From Spirochaetia bacterium (GTDB lineage Bacteria; Spirochaetota; Spirochaetia; DSM-2461), in assembly GCA_963668315.1 (NCBI GenBank), contig OY764216.1:2464001-2528000 (forward strand): 64,000 bases of DNA, read 5' to 3'. Position numbers and translations under genes: made by a program. The notes below the pieces were generated by a model. It was given only the letters and a program-made list of their open reading frames with translations, had not been told where the DNA came from and searched no databases. This document shows, piece by piece, positions 48,459 through 58,720 of this stretch; position 1 is the stretch's first letter, and every line of letters starts with the position of its first letter.

Positions 48459-49430
48459 ATGAATAATAACTCAAAAAACAGAGGCGATAGAATCGTACAG
48501 ATAATCCTGCTGGTCCTGATTGCGGCCGGTATTGCCACCTTTCCCCTTATGATGGGTAACAGTTCCGGCGGCAGCGCCGGCGGCCCTCCCGGCATGGGAG
48601 CACCAGGCGGCATGGCCGGAATGAATGCCTCCGGTGAGGGAGAAACCGAAGGAACGGCCGTTGAGGTCTCTCCCGTCGTCAAAGATACGGTCAGGGAATA
48701 CATTAAAGTGAACGGAGACGTGACGTCCGCTTCTTCCGTCAGCATTTACCCCGATATGGCCGGTAAGCTGGTATCTGTCAATGTTTCGCTGGGCGATGAA
48801 GTGAAGCGCGGGGAAACTGTGGCTATGGTTGACCCCTCCCAGCCCGGTCAGGTTTACAGTAATAGCGCAGTCAAAGCGACTATAGGCGGAACCATAACGG
48901 AAGTAAGCTACGACGAAGGTGAAACGGTAAGCACCGGTTCGGCGATCGTCACCATTGGCGATCTGGATGAGCTGGAAATCGTTACCTATATCCCTGAAAG
49001 ATATGTCAGTTCTGTCAGGAAAGGGCTGACCGCTGAGGTTTCCTTCGATTCCTATGAAGGGGAAGTATTTCAGGCCCGGGTCACAGAAATCAGCCCCGTT
49101 CTGGATACGGACTCCCGATCTCAGGAGATCTCTCTGGCTCTGATAGGAGCGGACAGCCGCGTTAAAGTGGGAATGTTTGCCTCGGTGAAGCTGGTGGTGA
49201 AAGAGGAAGCCGATGTTATCACCATACCCAAGCTGGCTCTCACCACTTATTATGATGAAGACGTTGTCTATGTGGTGGAAGACGGAAAAGCCGTCAGGCG
49301 GTCCGTTCAGATAGGCCTTAGTTCCTCCGAGACAGTTCAGATCACCGAAGGTCTTGAAGAGGGCGAGACCGTCGTCGTCAGGGGGATATCAAACCTTTCC
49401 GACGGTACTCTCGTTTCTGTGGTAGAATAA
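48459..49430 (+). CDS. RND periplasmic adaptor (membrane fusion protein)
   Basis: N-terminal TM, GKLVSVNVSLGDEVKRG lipoyl half, GMFASV, EGLEEGE. Confidence 0.92.
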   Translation: MNNNSKNRGDRIVQIILLVLIAAGIATFPLMMGNSSGGSAGGPPGMGAPGGMAGMNASGEGETEGTAVEVSPVVKDTVREYIKVNGDVTSASSVSIYPDMAGKLVSVNVSLGDEVKRGETVAMVDPSQPGQVYSNSAVKATIGGTITEVSYDEGETVSTGSAIVTIGDLDELEIVTYIPERYVSSVRKGLTAEVSFDSYEGEVFQARVTEISPVLDTDSRSQEISLALIGADSRVKVGMFASVKLVVKEEADVITIPKLALTTYYDEDVVYVVEDGKAVRRSVQIGLSSSETVQITEGLEEGETVVVRGISNLSDGTLVSVVE

Positions 49431-49441
49431 GGGGAGGCAGG

Positions 49442-52400
49442 ATGAATCTTTCTGAATTATCGGTTAACCGACCGGTGACCATAGCGGTTATCGTGGCCTT
49501 GCTGTTAGGCATCGCCGCCTTTATGGTTCCCAGCATCGCTGTGGAAATGACCCCGGATATAGACGCTCCCATGATGATCGTGGTAACGACATACACAGGC
49601 GCCAGCCCGGAAGAAGTGGAGCAGAGCGTCACCGAAATACTGGAGAAGCAACTGTCCGACGTAGGTGGGCTGGAGGACATTTCCTCCACCTCGAGCGAAG
49701 GACGAAGCGTCGTTATGCTGGAGTTCGGCTACGACAAGGACATGGACGAGGCAACCAATGATATCCGTGATTCCCTGGATCAGGCCAAAAATTCACTCCC
49801 CGATGACGCCGGATCACCTACTATCATGAAGTTCAATATGAACAGCGAAGCCATTATGACTCTGATCATGGTAGGGGATGAGACGGCCGACACTCTCAAG
49901 CGCCTGGCCGAAGATAACGTTCAGCCCCGTCTGGAACGAATCGAGGGAGTCTCCTCGGCAGACGTTTCCGGCGGTGAGACAAGGGCCGTGCGAGTGGATC
50001 TGTCCTCCAACCGGCTGGAAGCATACGGTCTGACCGCAGACGACGTGACTAACGCCCTGGGTGCCAGAAATCTTCAGATTTCCGGGGGTACTTTGACTAC
50101 CGACGGAACCGAATATGACCTTCGCGTAGACGAGCGATACGAGTCGCTGGAAGATATTGCCCGGACCGTAGTCGCCACCATAAGCGCCGCCGATGCCACT
50201 TCTTCGGTGAACAGATCGAACGTGGTCCGCCTGGAAGACGTGGCCGACGTATACGAGGGAACGGAAGACGTTGACAGCATATACTATATAGACGGTACGG
50301 CAGCCATCTCCATCTCCATTTCAAAGGAGAGTAATACCAATTCGGTACAGATCGCCGAAGAAGTGGCGGCCGCTATTCCCGAAATCAACGAGGAGCTGCC
50401 CGAGGGCATCTCCATTGAGCTCTTCTCCGATGACACGTCCTATATCAAATCAGTCATGAACCAGGTATACCAATCGGCCTGGCAGGGAATTATTCTGGCT
50501 ATGCTCGTGCTCTTTCTGTTTCTCAGAAGCATCAGGAGTACGGTGATCATCGGCATCGCTATTCCCATCTCCATCATGATAACCCTCATGGCCATGTACT
50601 TTTTCGATATTACGCTGAACATGATGTCCCTGACGGGGCTGATTCTCGGGTTGGGCATGATCGTAGACAACTCCATCGTTATCCTGGAAAATATCCATCA
50701 GTACAGGGAGAGGGGGGCGAAACTGCGACCTGCCGCTATCCTGGGGTCCCATGAAATGCTCAACGCCATTATCGCTTCGACCCTGACGACTTTGAGCGTT
50801 TTCGTCCCCATGATTATCTGGCAGGACGGACTGGAGATGATCGGCGAGCTTTTCAGCGATATGATCTTTACGGTGGTAATTTCTCTTATTGTCTCCTTCT
50901 TCATCGCCGTGACTTTGGTACCCGCTATGTGCAGCAAGTTCATTAAGCTCTATACCCATAAGCAAAAGCCCATCAGAAACGCTGCGCTCAAGAAAATAGA
51001 CGAGTTCGGGGAAGGCATTCTGACCGGTATTGAAAAGACCTACAAGAGCATGCTGGAATTTTCCCTGCGAAACCGTCTGATGGTTCTTACGCTGGTTCTG
51101 GTGATTCTGGTCATGTCTGTGCTTAAAATATCCAACATGGGACTGAACATGATGCCCCAGGGGACATCGGACGATTCCCTTACTGTTGACGTCACCCTTC
51201 CCGTGGGTACCAGCATGGAGTATACCGAGAAGATCATAACCAGTTTCGTCAAAGTCATCGAGGAGAATGTGACCGGTTATACACATATCAGCATGAGTGT
51301 GGGAGGCCAGCGGGGGCCCAACGCTTCGGGAAGCAACTCGGGCTCCATCGAGATTTCCTTTCCCGATCTGGATGAGCAGACCATGACTCCCAGTGAAGCG
51401 CAGACGGTACTCAGACCATTCACAAACAAGTTCCCCGATGCGGAGATAACCATGAGTTCCGGACGGTCCTGGGGAAGCGATTCTCCTATCGACGTGGTGA
51501 TTTACTCCGACAATACCGAGCTTGGCGAACAAACGGCCAACGATATCCGCGACCTGATAAGGGAGAATATCCCCCAGGCGATTGATCCCGTGACCGACTT
51601 GGACGAAGGGACTCCCGAATACAAGGTAACCATAGACAAGGACCGGGCCGCTGCCTACGGTTTCACCGTATCCGAAATCGGCAATGTCATCAATTCTCTG
51701 GTCGATGGTGATACGCCCACATCCTATTGGGATGAGGCCACAGAGCTGGATATTATCGTCCAGCTGGCTGAAGACGAAAGAACAGAGCTGTTGGATCTTG
51801 ACTCCATTTTTGTGCTATCCTCCAGCGGAGAGAAAGTGTCCCTGTCCAATCTGGTCAGCTATGAGCTGAGCACCGGACCCCTCACGGTCAACCGGGAAAA
51901 CGAGACGAGAACGATCCACGTGACCGCCGATCTGGCCGAGGGCATGGCGTCCAACCAGGTCCAGCCCCTGATCCAGTCCATGCTGGGGGAGAAGCTGATT
52001 CTGCCCGACGGCGTCACCTACGACTTCGCCGGTGACAGAAGAAGCATGGCCGGTATGATTCCCACCCTGATCACGGTGGTGATCGTGGCCATCCTGATGA
52101 TATTCGCCGTCATGGCCAGCCAGTTCGAGTCGCTGGTGGATCCGTTCATCATCTTTTTCTCCATTCCCCTGCTGGTGATCGGCGTCGTGCTGGTCTATAC
52201 CATAACGGGACAGGCACTGAGCCTCTTTTCCCTCATCGGGATGGTGGTGCTTACCGGTATCGTTGTGAATAACGGTATCGTCATGGTGGACTATATGAAT
52301 CTTCTCCGTAAGCGGGGGGCTTCCGTTAAGGAAGCGGTCCTCGAGGGAGCCCGGAGCCGTTTGCGGCCGGTACTGATGACCAGTCTGACCACGATTCTGG

Positions 52401-52597
52401 GCATGGTCCCCATGGGATTCTTCCCCGGAGACGGAACCGAGATGATTCAGCCCATCGGTCAGACCATTGTAGGGGGACTGGCGGGAAGCACCTTTATTAC
52501 TCTCTTCGTCACACCCGTGGTATACTCTCTTGTCAACAGGGATAAGAAGAAGATCGATAGCGAGGATGAGTCCCGCATTGAGGAGGAAATTGCATGA
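49442..52597 (+). CDS. RND efflux permease (AcrB/SwrC-like)
   Basis: NRPVT, GASPEEVE, GMIVDNSIVILEN, RLRPVLMTSLTT; 1051 aa. Confidence 0.95.
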   Translation: MNLSELSVNRPVTIAVIVALLLGIAAFMVPSIAVEMTPDIDAPMMIVVTTYTGASPEEVEQSVTEILEKQLSDVGGLEDISSTSSEGRSVVMLEFGYDKDMDEATNDIRDSLDQAKNSLPDDAGSPTIMKFNMNSEAIMTLIMVGDETADTLKRLAEDNVQPRLERIEGVSSADVSGGETRAVRVDLSSNRLEAYGLTADDVTNALGARNLQISGGTLTTDGTEYDLRVDERYESLEDIARTVVATISAADATSSVNRSNVVRLEDVADVYEGTEDVDSIYYIDGTAAISISISKESNTNSVQIAEEVAAAIPEINEELPEGISIELFSDDTSYIKSVMNQVYQSAWQGIILAMLVLFLFLRSIRSTVIIGIAIPISIMITLMAMYFFDITLNMMSLTGLILGLGMIVDNSIVILENIHQYRERGAKLRPAAILGSHEMLNAIIASTLTTLSVFVPMIIWQDGLEMIGELFSDMIFTVVISLIVSFFIAVTLVPAMCSKFIKLYTHKQKPIRNAALKKIDEFGEGILTGIEKTYKSMLEFSLRNRLMVLTLVLVILVMSVLKISNMGLNMMPQGTSDDSLTVDVTLPVGTSMEYTEKIITSFVKVIEENVTGYTHISMSVGGQRGPNASGSNSGSIEISFPDLDEQTMTPSEAQTVLRPFTNKFPDAEITMSSGRSWGSDSPIDVVIYSDNTELGEQTANDIRDLIRENIPQAIDPVTDLDEGTPEYKVTIDKDRAAAYGFTVSEIGNVINSLVDGDTPTSYWDEATELDIIVQLAEDERTELLDLDSIFVLSSSGEKVSLSNLVSYELSTGPLTVNRENETRTIHVTADLAEGMASNQVQPLIQSMLGEKLILPDGVTYDFAGDRRSMAGMIPTLITVVIVAILMIFAVMASQFESLVDPFIIFFSIPLLVIGVVLVYTITGQALSLFSLIGMVVLTGIVVNNGIVMVDYMNLLRKRGASVKEAVLEGARSRLRPVLMTSLTTILGMVPMGFFPGDGTEMIQPIGQTIVGGLAGSTFITLFVTPVVYSLVNRDKKKIDSEDESRIEEEIA

Positions 52598-52887
52598 AGC
52601 GACTGGAGATCATAGCCAATCAGGCCGTGGAGGATGATATTATTGAGGTTCTGGCTTCTGCCGGCTACGGAGAATCTTTTACCTATTTTCATCCTGTCTA
52701 CGGAAGGGGAAAAAAGGGAAGACGGGAAGGCTCCGCCGTCTGGCCCGAGACGAATGTGATGTTTCTTGTTTATATCGATCATGACAGGGTGGATGCCATT
52801 CTGTCGGGGATTCGAAAGCTCAAAGAGGAATTCTCCCAGGAGGGCATCAAATGCTGGCTGGGTGAAGGTCCCCAGGAAAGGGTTTAG
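52594..52887 (+). CDS. PII-like transporter-associated protein (PG0541-like)
   Basis: FTYFHPVYGRGKKGRREGSAVWPETN; ATGA overlap with the RND gene. Confidence 0.75.
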   Translation: MKRLEIIANQAVEDDIIEVLASAGYGESFTYFHPVYGRGKKGRREGSAVWPETNVMFLVYIDHDRVDAILSGIRKLKEEFSQEGIKCWLGEGPQERV

Positions 52888-52911
52888 TTTTTAAATTTAT
52901 ATAATCTCTCC

Positions 52912-52946
52912 AGGCGGATATTCTATGGGAATATCCGTCTTTTTTT
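52912..52946 (+). terminator. intrinsic terminator
   Basis: AGGCGGATATTC-TATGG-GAATATCCGTCT-T6. Confidence 0.85.
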
Positions 52947-53012
52947 CCCTTGGTTTTTACCCTGATATATGGTATAGATAGTTCTATAGATCATATGATG
53001 AGAGGAGAAGCC

Positions 53013-53399
53013 ATGAATATTCCGGAAAATCTCAAATATACCAGAGAACACGAATGGGTGAAGATCGAGGATGATGTAATTACTGTGGGAATTACGGATT
53101 ACGCGCAGAAAGAGCTGGGCGACATCGTTTTCGTTGAGCTGCCCGAAGTGGATGAAGAATTCGATGGAGATGAATCCTTTTCCACTATCGAGTCGGTTAA
53201 GGCCGCCAGTGATATTTTCATGCCCGTCGGCGGCACCATTATTGAGGTGAATGAAGACCTGGAGGACAACTCCGCCTTTATCAATGAAGATCCCTACGGC
53301 AGCTGGATAGTCAAGATCAAAGTCCGGGAGGAAGGGGATCTGGATGATCTGCTGTCCGCCGAAGAGTACGGTGCTTTCTGTGAGAAGGAACAGGCGTAA
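53013..53399 (+). CDS. gcvH: glycine cleavage system H protein
   Basis: EHEWV, GITDYAQKELGD, ESVKAAS lipoyl-Lys; start re-called at MNIPE. Confidence 0.97.
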   Translation: MNIPENLKYTREHEWVKIEDDVITVGITDYAQKELGDIVFVELPEVDEEFDGDESFSTIESVKAASDIFMPVGGTIIEVNEDLEDNSAFINEDPYGSWIVKIKVREEGDLDDLLSAEEYGAFCEKEQA

Positions 53400-54740
53400 A
53401 TGATCCATCCCTACATCCCTCATACCCCGCGCGACAGGGACGAGATGCTCTCCCTGATCGGTGTAGAAAGCGTAGACGATCTCTACAGGGATATCCCTTC
53501 CGGCGCGGTCCAGAAGGAATCGTCCCTTCCCGCAGGGCTCTCCGAATGGGAGACGGCCCGGCGTATCGAGGCCATGGCGGACAGAAATGACGCGTCCCGC
53601 CTGGTCTGCTTCCGTGGGGGAGGTGTGTATGATCATTTTGTACCGGCCGTGGTGGACAGCGTCATTTCACGCTCCGAGTTTTACACGGCCTATACGCCCT
53701 ATCAGCCCGAAATCAGCCAGGGAACCCTTCAGTATATCTTCGAATACCAGAGCATGATAGCCGAGCTGACCGGCATGGACGCGGTCAATGCCTCCCTTTA
53801 TGACGGGGCTACTGCCGCGGCGGAGGGCATGATCATGGCTGTCCATGCGGCGCGAAGGAGAAGGGTCGCCCTGGCCGAAACGGTCAACCCGGGCATCCGC
53901 CGCGTTCTGGAGACGTACGCCCGTTTTCACGGCATTGAGCTGGATATTGTTCCCTCTAAGGAGGGAAAGGTCGATCCTGAAAAGCTGGAAGGGATTCTGG
54001 GGAGCGATACGGCGGCACTTGTCCTGCAGAGCCCCAACTATTTCGGGCTGATCGAGGATACGTCTGAAATGGCCGAAGCCGTCCATAAGGGTAAAGGGCT
54101 GTTTGTCCAGATCGCCGATCCTCTCTCCCTGGCCCTTCTGAAAACTCCCGGTGAATCGGGAGCGGACATCGCCGTGGGCGAAGCCCAGCCTCTGGGGCTC
54201 TCCCTCAACTTCGGCGGACCCTACCTGGGCTATATCGGAACGACGAATAAGCTGATGCGCAAGCTTCCCGGCCGAATCTGCGGTCAGACCGTGGACAAAG
54301 ACGGGAAAAGAGCCTTTGTTCTGACCCTCCAGGCCCGGGAGCAGCACATCCGCCGTGAGAAAGCCACGAGCAACATCTGCTCCAACCAGAGCCTCTGTTC
54401 CCTGGCTGCTGCCGTGTATATGGCCTCCATGGGAAAGGAGGGGCTCAAGGAAGCGGCTGAACAGTGCCTGAGAAAAGCCCGTTACGCCCTGGATCAAATC
54501 GTGGCGACGGGCAAGTGGGCACCCCTTTTCCCCGGTCCCTTTTTCCGGGAATTCGCCGTGAGGCCCCTGACGGGAAGCAAAGAGGATCTCAAGGACGTTG
54601 ACCGGCGGCTCAGAGAAGCCGGTATACTGGGAGGCGGTGAGCCGGAGGGGTTTGAAAGCCCCGCCAGGCTGGTGGCCGTCACGGAGAAACGGAGCCGGGA
54701 AGAGATTGACCGCTTAGCCGACATAATGGGGGAGCTGTGA
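53400..54740 (+). CDS. gcvPA: glycine dehydrogenase subunit 1
   Basis: [35 protein letters not shown]. Confidence 0.97.
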   Translation: MIHPYIPHTPRDRDEMLSLIGVESVDDLYRDIPSGAVQKESSLPAGLSEWETARRIEAMADRNDASRLVCFRGGGVYDHFVPAVVDSVISRSEFYTAYTPYQPEISQGTLQYIFEYQSMIAELTGMDAVNASLYDGATAAAEGMIMAVHAARRRRVALAETVNPGIRRVLETYARFHGIELDIVPSKEGKVDPEKLEGILGSDTAALVLQSPNYFGLIEDTSEMAEAVHKGKGLFVQIADPLSLALLKTPGESGADIAVGEAQPLGLSLNFGGPYLGYIGTTNKLMRKLPGRICGQTVDKDGKRAFVLTLQAREQHIRREKATSNICSNQSLCSLAAAVYMASMGKEGLKEAAEQCLRKARYALDQIVATGKWAPLFPGPFFREFAVRPLTGSKEDLKDVDRRLREAGILGGGEPEGFESPARLVAVTEKRSREEIDRLADIMGEL

Positions 54741-56188
54741 TGAAAGAGTATAATCTGCTGTTAAAGGAGCTGTCGCGGCCGGAGAGAAAAGGTTATACCC
54801 TGCCTCCCTGCGATGTGCCCGAAGTGGGCCTCGATGAAATGCTGCCCCCTTCCCTGAGAAGGGAAAAGGACGCCGATCTTCCCGAGGTCTCTGAAATCGA
54901 TATCATCCGGCACTACACGAACCTCTCCAATAAAAATTTCGGTGTGGATACGGGATTTTATCCTCTCGGTTCCTGTACCATGAAGTACAACCCCAAGATA
55001 AACGAGGACCTCGCCCGTCTCGGCGGTTTCGTGCGCCTTCATCCCGATGCCGGAGAAGAGGATGCCCAGGGGGCCATGGAACTGGTCTACCGGCTCTGCG
55101 AATCACTGGGCGCCATTACCGGCATGGACGCGGTTACCCCGGCTCCCTTTGCGGGAGCCCACGGCGAACTCACCGGGCTTATGATCATCAAGGCCTACCA
55201 CGAGAACCGGAAGGATGTTAAGCGCAAGAAAATCATTGTACCCGATTCGGCTCACGGCACCAATCCGGCCAGCGCGGCGGTATGCGGCTTCGACGTGGTG
55301 GAAATCACGTCCACACCGGAGGGCATGGTGGACCTGGAAGCCCTTAAAGCGGCACTGAGTGATGAGACGGCCGGTCTTATGCTCACCAATCCGACGACCT
55401 TCGGCCTTTTCGAAGGAGATATCCTGGAAGTCGCCGCTCTGGTTCATGAGGCGGGGGGACTGCTCTATTACGACGGAGCGAACCTGAACCCCATCCTGGG
55501 CCACTGCCGTCCCGGCGATATGGGCTTTGATGTGGTCCACCTGAATCTGCATAAAACCTTCTCCACCCCCCATGGCGGCGGTGGACCGGGAAGCGGTCCT
55601 GTAGGCGTCAAGGCAAAGCTGGCCGATTTCCTGCCCGGTCCGGTCATTGCCGAAAAGGACGGTGCCTATTACTTTGACAGGAACAGGCCCCTCTCCATCG
55701 GCTCCGTGGGAAGGTGGTACGGAAACTTCGGTGTTCTGGTCAGGGCCTATGCCTATATCCTGATGATGGGATCGGATGGCTTGAAGCTTGTGGGTGAGAC
55801 GGCCGTAATCAATGCCAACTACCTGCAGAAGCAGCTCAGGGAGTTCTACCATCTTCCCATCGAACGCAGCTGTATGCACGAGTTCGTTCTGAGCGGTAAG
55901 GGATTCGAAGGCATCCATACCATCGATATCGCCAAGCGGCTTCTCGATTTCGGCTACCATCCGCCTACCATATATTTTCCCCTGACCATAGAGGAAGCCA
56001 TTATGATAGAGCCCACGGAAACCGAATCCAAAGAGACTCTGGACGGCTTTGTGGACGTGATGAAGAAGATTGCCGACGAAGCTAGGAACGACCCGGAAAA
56101 ACTTCACGAAGCTCCGGTGACGACGGTGGTAAGACGGCTGGACGAAGTCACCGCCGCCCGTAAGCCTATCCTTACCTGGAAGGAATAA
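54740..56188 (+). CDS. gcvPB: glycine dehydrogenase subunit 2
   Basis: [31 protein letters not shown]-Lys, [13 protein letters not shown] coupling. Confidence 0.97.
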   Translation: MKEYNLLLKELSRPERKGYTLPPCDVPEVGLDEMLPPSLRREKDADLPEVSEIDIIRHYTNLSNKNFGVDTGFYPLGSCTMKYNPKINEDLARLGGFVRLHPDAGEEDAQGAMELVYRLCESLGAITGMDAVTPAPFAGAHGELTGLMIIKAYHENRKDVKRKKIIVPDSAHGTNPASAAVCGFDVVEITSTPEGMVDLEALKAALSDETAGLMLTNPTTFGLFEGDILEVAALVHEAGGLLYYDGANLNPILGHCRPGDMGFDVVHLNLHKTFSTPHGGGGPGSGPVGVKAKLADFLPGPVIAEKDGAYYFDRNRPLSIGSVGRWYGNFGVLVRAYAYILMMGSDGLKLVGETAVINANYLQKQLREFYHLPIERSCMHEFVLSGKGFEGIHTIDIAKRLLDFGYHPPTIYFPLTIEEAIMIEPTETESKETLDGFVDVMKKIADEARNDPEKLHEAPVTTVVRRLDEVTAARKPILTWKE

Positions 56189-56416
56189 AGGCGAAAGCTT
56201 TCAGAATTTCCCTGTCCGCCGGGGCGAGAGCAAGATGTTTTATCTCGTCCCGGAAGCACCACCGGATCTCCGAATGGCCGGTCAGAAAAATCTCTCTCCG
56301 GGCAATTCCCCCAATCCCCCCTGTGTCTTATGCTCGTTCCTGCGGCAGAGAAGAATACGGTTCTTATTATCCCTCAGCCATGCCGCGGCGACGGCAACGG
56401 TTTTCACTTCTTTCAT
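56172..56416 (-). pseudogene. MutT/NudG-type NUDIX hydrolase pseudogene (internal deletion plus frameshift)
   Basis: N-part MKEVKTVAVAAAWLRD...RILLCRR...GGLGELPG, then in another frame EIFLTGHSEIRW...LALAPADREIL. The Nudix box is missing. Confidence 0.8.
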
Positions 56417-58617
56417 GACTCCTCTCCGTCTTCCCCGAGGGAAAAGCGGAGAATCTGATAGGAGAAGTAGAGGAGGGCCAGGAAGGAGGACCTGTTCATC
56501 TGCTCCGGGGTAAGGCCGTCCACAGCCTCCCTGAGGTAGCGGACCGGCTTCTCTCCCCGGGGATAGGGCAGGCTCTTTTTCATCATATCCGCCAGTCTGC
56601 TTCCCTCTCCCCCGTGGAACCACTGTTCAATCTTCTCTTCGTTGTCGTGGAACAGCGACTGATCCCTCATCTCCTCTAGAAAGGAGGAGAGACCGTCCCC
56701 CCTCCGGGCATTCGACAGCTGGTAATAGGGGGCAAGAAGAATCTCCCTGCCGTAGTAGCGGGCGGCCAGGCAAAAGATCAGCTGCTGGAACCGGTAGCCC
56801 TTTTCCGGTGAGGCAAGGCTGAAAATATTCCGCAGATGATGACCGGCCGAGTCCGATTCGCAGCAGGCAATGAACCAGTCGCAGAGCGCCTGGCTTGAAT
56901 GGCAGATGCGGGGATAGACCTCATCGGTCAGGGGGGCGTATTTCTCCCTGTCCACCCGGCAGAGGCTTTTCAGCGCCGTGCTGGTTATCCGGGGGTCCCG
57001 GTCATCCAGGGCTTTCAGGAGCACCTGTTCCGTCTCCTCTCCCGGTAAACGGGCCAGGGCGAAGAGAGCATCCCCCCGGTTGTACGAGTGGATATCGGAG
57101 GCTTCCTTACGAACCAGTTCGGCCAGTTCGGGCCGGGGGTAGTGATAAAGGGACCGGAATATCCTCTCCTTTTCCCAGCTGTAGGGGCTGTTGAGCTGAT
57201 TTTCCATCTCCCGGGTCGCCAGGTTGGAGGAGCTTTTCTCCAGAGCCAGCAGGGAGGCTTCCCGCTTCTGCGGATCGTCGGTGGTGGAGAGCTGATAGGT
57301 CCAGAGGAAGGCTCTTCTGTTTCTGGTGTAAAAAATAAGTTCCGAAGCTTCCTTTACGGTAATGCTTCCCTGGTCGCTGAGGAAAAACGTGCAGAGGGCA
57401 ATGAGCAGGGTCAGCACGCCGGCGATGAGAAAGACCAGAGAGTAGGTGTGGGGAAGCAGAGTGCTTTCAATCCGTATGGTATCGGCGATTTTCCCGGCCG
57501 AGAGACCGGTGATGAGGGCCAGGATGGCACCGATGAAACTGTTCATCGAGGAGAACCCGAGGCGGTTTTTATTTTCGGGCATGATCTTGTAGAGAAGCCT
57601 GTTTGTCAGATTGTATCCCAGGTTCATAAAGAAGCTGTGGAGAATGCCCAGCGGCAGGAAGAGGATCAGCCCCGCCGAGGGGGGAATCAGGGACCAGAGA
57701 ACAAATAACAGTCCCAGAATCAGAGAAACCAGCATCAGCAGCGGTTTGCTCCCCGTTTTGTCTATATAGGGCTTGATGAAGTAGTTGGAGATAAGCCCGC
57801 CCACAACGGTGAGCATGGAGAAAAGGAACACGAAGTTGGAAGGGATATGCCCGTCCCTCTGAAGAAAGGGAATGAGAAATCCGTTAAGGACGCTGACCGA
57901 CATAAATAGCCACAGGATAACGAGATGTCGTCTGGTATGACTGTCCCTGAGGTACTGGACCAGGAGGGAGATGATTCCCTTGGTATGGCGGCTTTTTTCC
58001 ACCCTTTCCCGGGAGGGTATTTTCAGAATGTAAAGACTGGAGATGGTGTTGACGATGACGCCCAGCAGAGTCAGGATAATCAGTCCCTGAATGCCGGAAA
58101 GGAACGAGAGGGAGAGGAAGATAAAGCTGATTGTGCGGGAAATCAGAGCCGACCGGTTACCAATGGAGTTGAGCTGTAAAAGACGGCTTCCTTCGCTTGA
58201 GGAACTCATCAGATTTTTCACGATGGGCTGATTGGCGGCGACCCCCAGGGTGCGGAAGATGCAGAAGAGGGTGTAGGTTATCATGATGAGCCAGACCGCC
58301 GGCTGCCCTTTGAGAAAAAAAAGGGCCAGGTACGCCAGACAGACAAAGCCTCGGAGGAACCAGGTGTGGACGAAAATTTCCTTCAGGCCGAGACCGCCGA
58401 AGAGATGGGGAACAATCAGAAGCACCAGACCGGAGAGGACCAGGGTGGAGGAGATATAGCCCAGCTGGACATTGGTGGCGTCGAAGTTGATAGCCATCAG
58501 ATAGATGACGGTTTCGGTCAGAAAACTGTAGCCCAGCCCGTTCCAGATGCTGTGCTTGAGAAGATAGAAGAACCCGGTCTCCTTTTCATCGGAAGTTAAA
58601 AAATGCGTCGTTCCCAT
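56413..58617 (-). CDS. MFS-like transporter fused to a C-terminal HEAT-repeat domain
   Basis: About 12 TM with DKTGSKP loop; C-terminal RGDALFALARL...LLKALDDRDPRITSTALKSL HEAT repeats. Confidence 0.8.
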   Translation of the reverse strand: MGTTHFLTSDEKETGFFYLLKHSIWNGLGYSFLTETVIYLMAINFDATNVQLGYISSTLVLSGLVLLIVPHLFGGLGLKEIFVHTWFLRGFVCLAYLALFFLKGQPAVWLIMITYTLFCIFRTLGVAANQPIVKNLMSSSSEGSRLLQLNSIGNRSALISRTISFIFLSLSFLSGIQGLIILTLLGVIVNTISSLYILKIPSRERVEKSRHTKGIISLLVQYLRDSHTRRHLVILWLFMSVSVLNGFLIPFLQRDGHIPSNFVFLFSMLTVVGGLISNYFIKPYIDKTGSKPLLMLVSLILGLLFVLWSLIPPSAGLILFLPLGILHSFFMNLGYNLTNRLLYKIMPENKNRLGFSSMNSFIGAILALITGLSAGKIADTIRIESTLLPHTYSLVFLIAGVLTLLIALCTFFLSDQGSITVKEASELIFYTRNRRAFLWTYQLSTTDDPQKREASLLALEKSSSNLATREMENQLNSPYSWEKERIFRSLYHYPRPELAELVRKEASDIHSYNRGDALFALARLPGEETEQVLLKALDDRDPRITSTALKSLCRVDREKYAPLTDEVYPRICHSSQALCDWFIACCESDSAGHHLRNIFSLASPEKGYRFQQLIFCLAARYYGREILLAPYYQLSNARRGDGLSSFLEEMRDQSLFHDNEEKIEQWFHGGEGSRLADMMKKSLPYPRGEKPVRYLREAVDGLTPEQMNRSSFLALLYFSYQILRFSLGEDGEES

Positions 58618-58720
58618 AACTTTTCATATTAGGACTTTTTCTCCCTTAATGCCAAGGCTTTCCCCCGATTTCGCTGGCAAGGGAAAAAAAATATGGTAAA
58701 ATGGACTTTCAGGGGGATCT

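Noticed and set aside
37542..53012. Prophage, ICE or transposon explanation for the gcv interruption
   Set aside because: No integrase, transposase, att-like repeat or phage gene seen.
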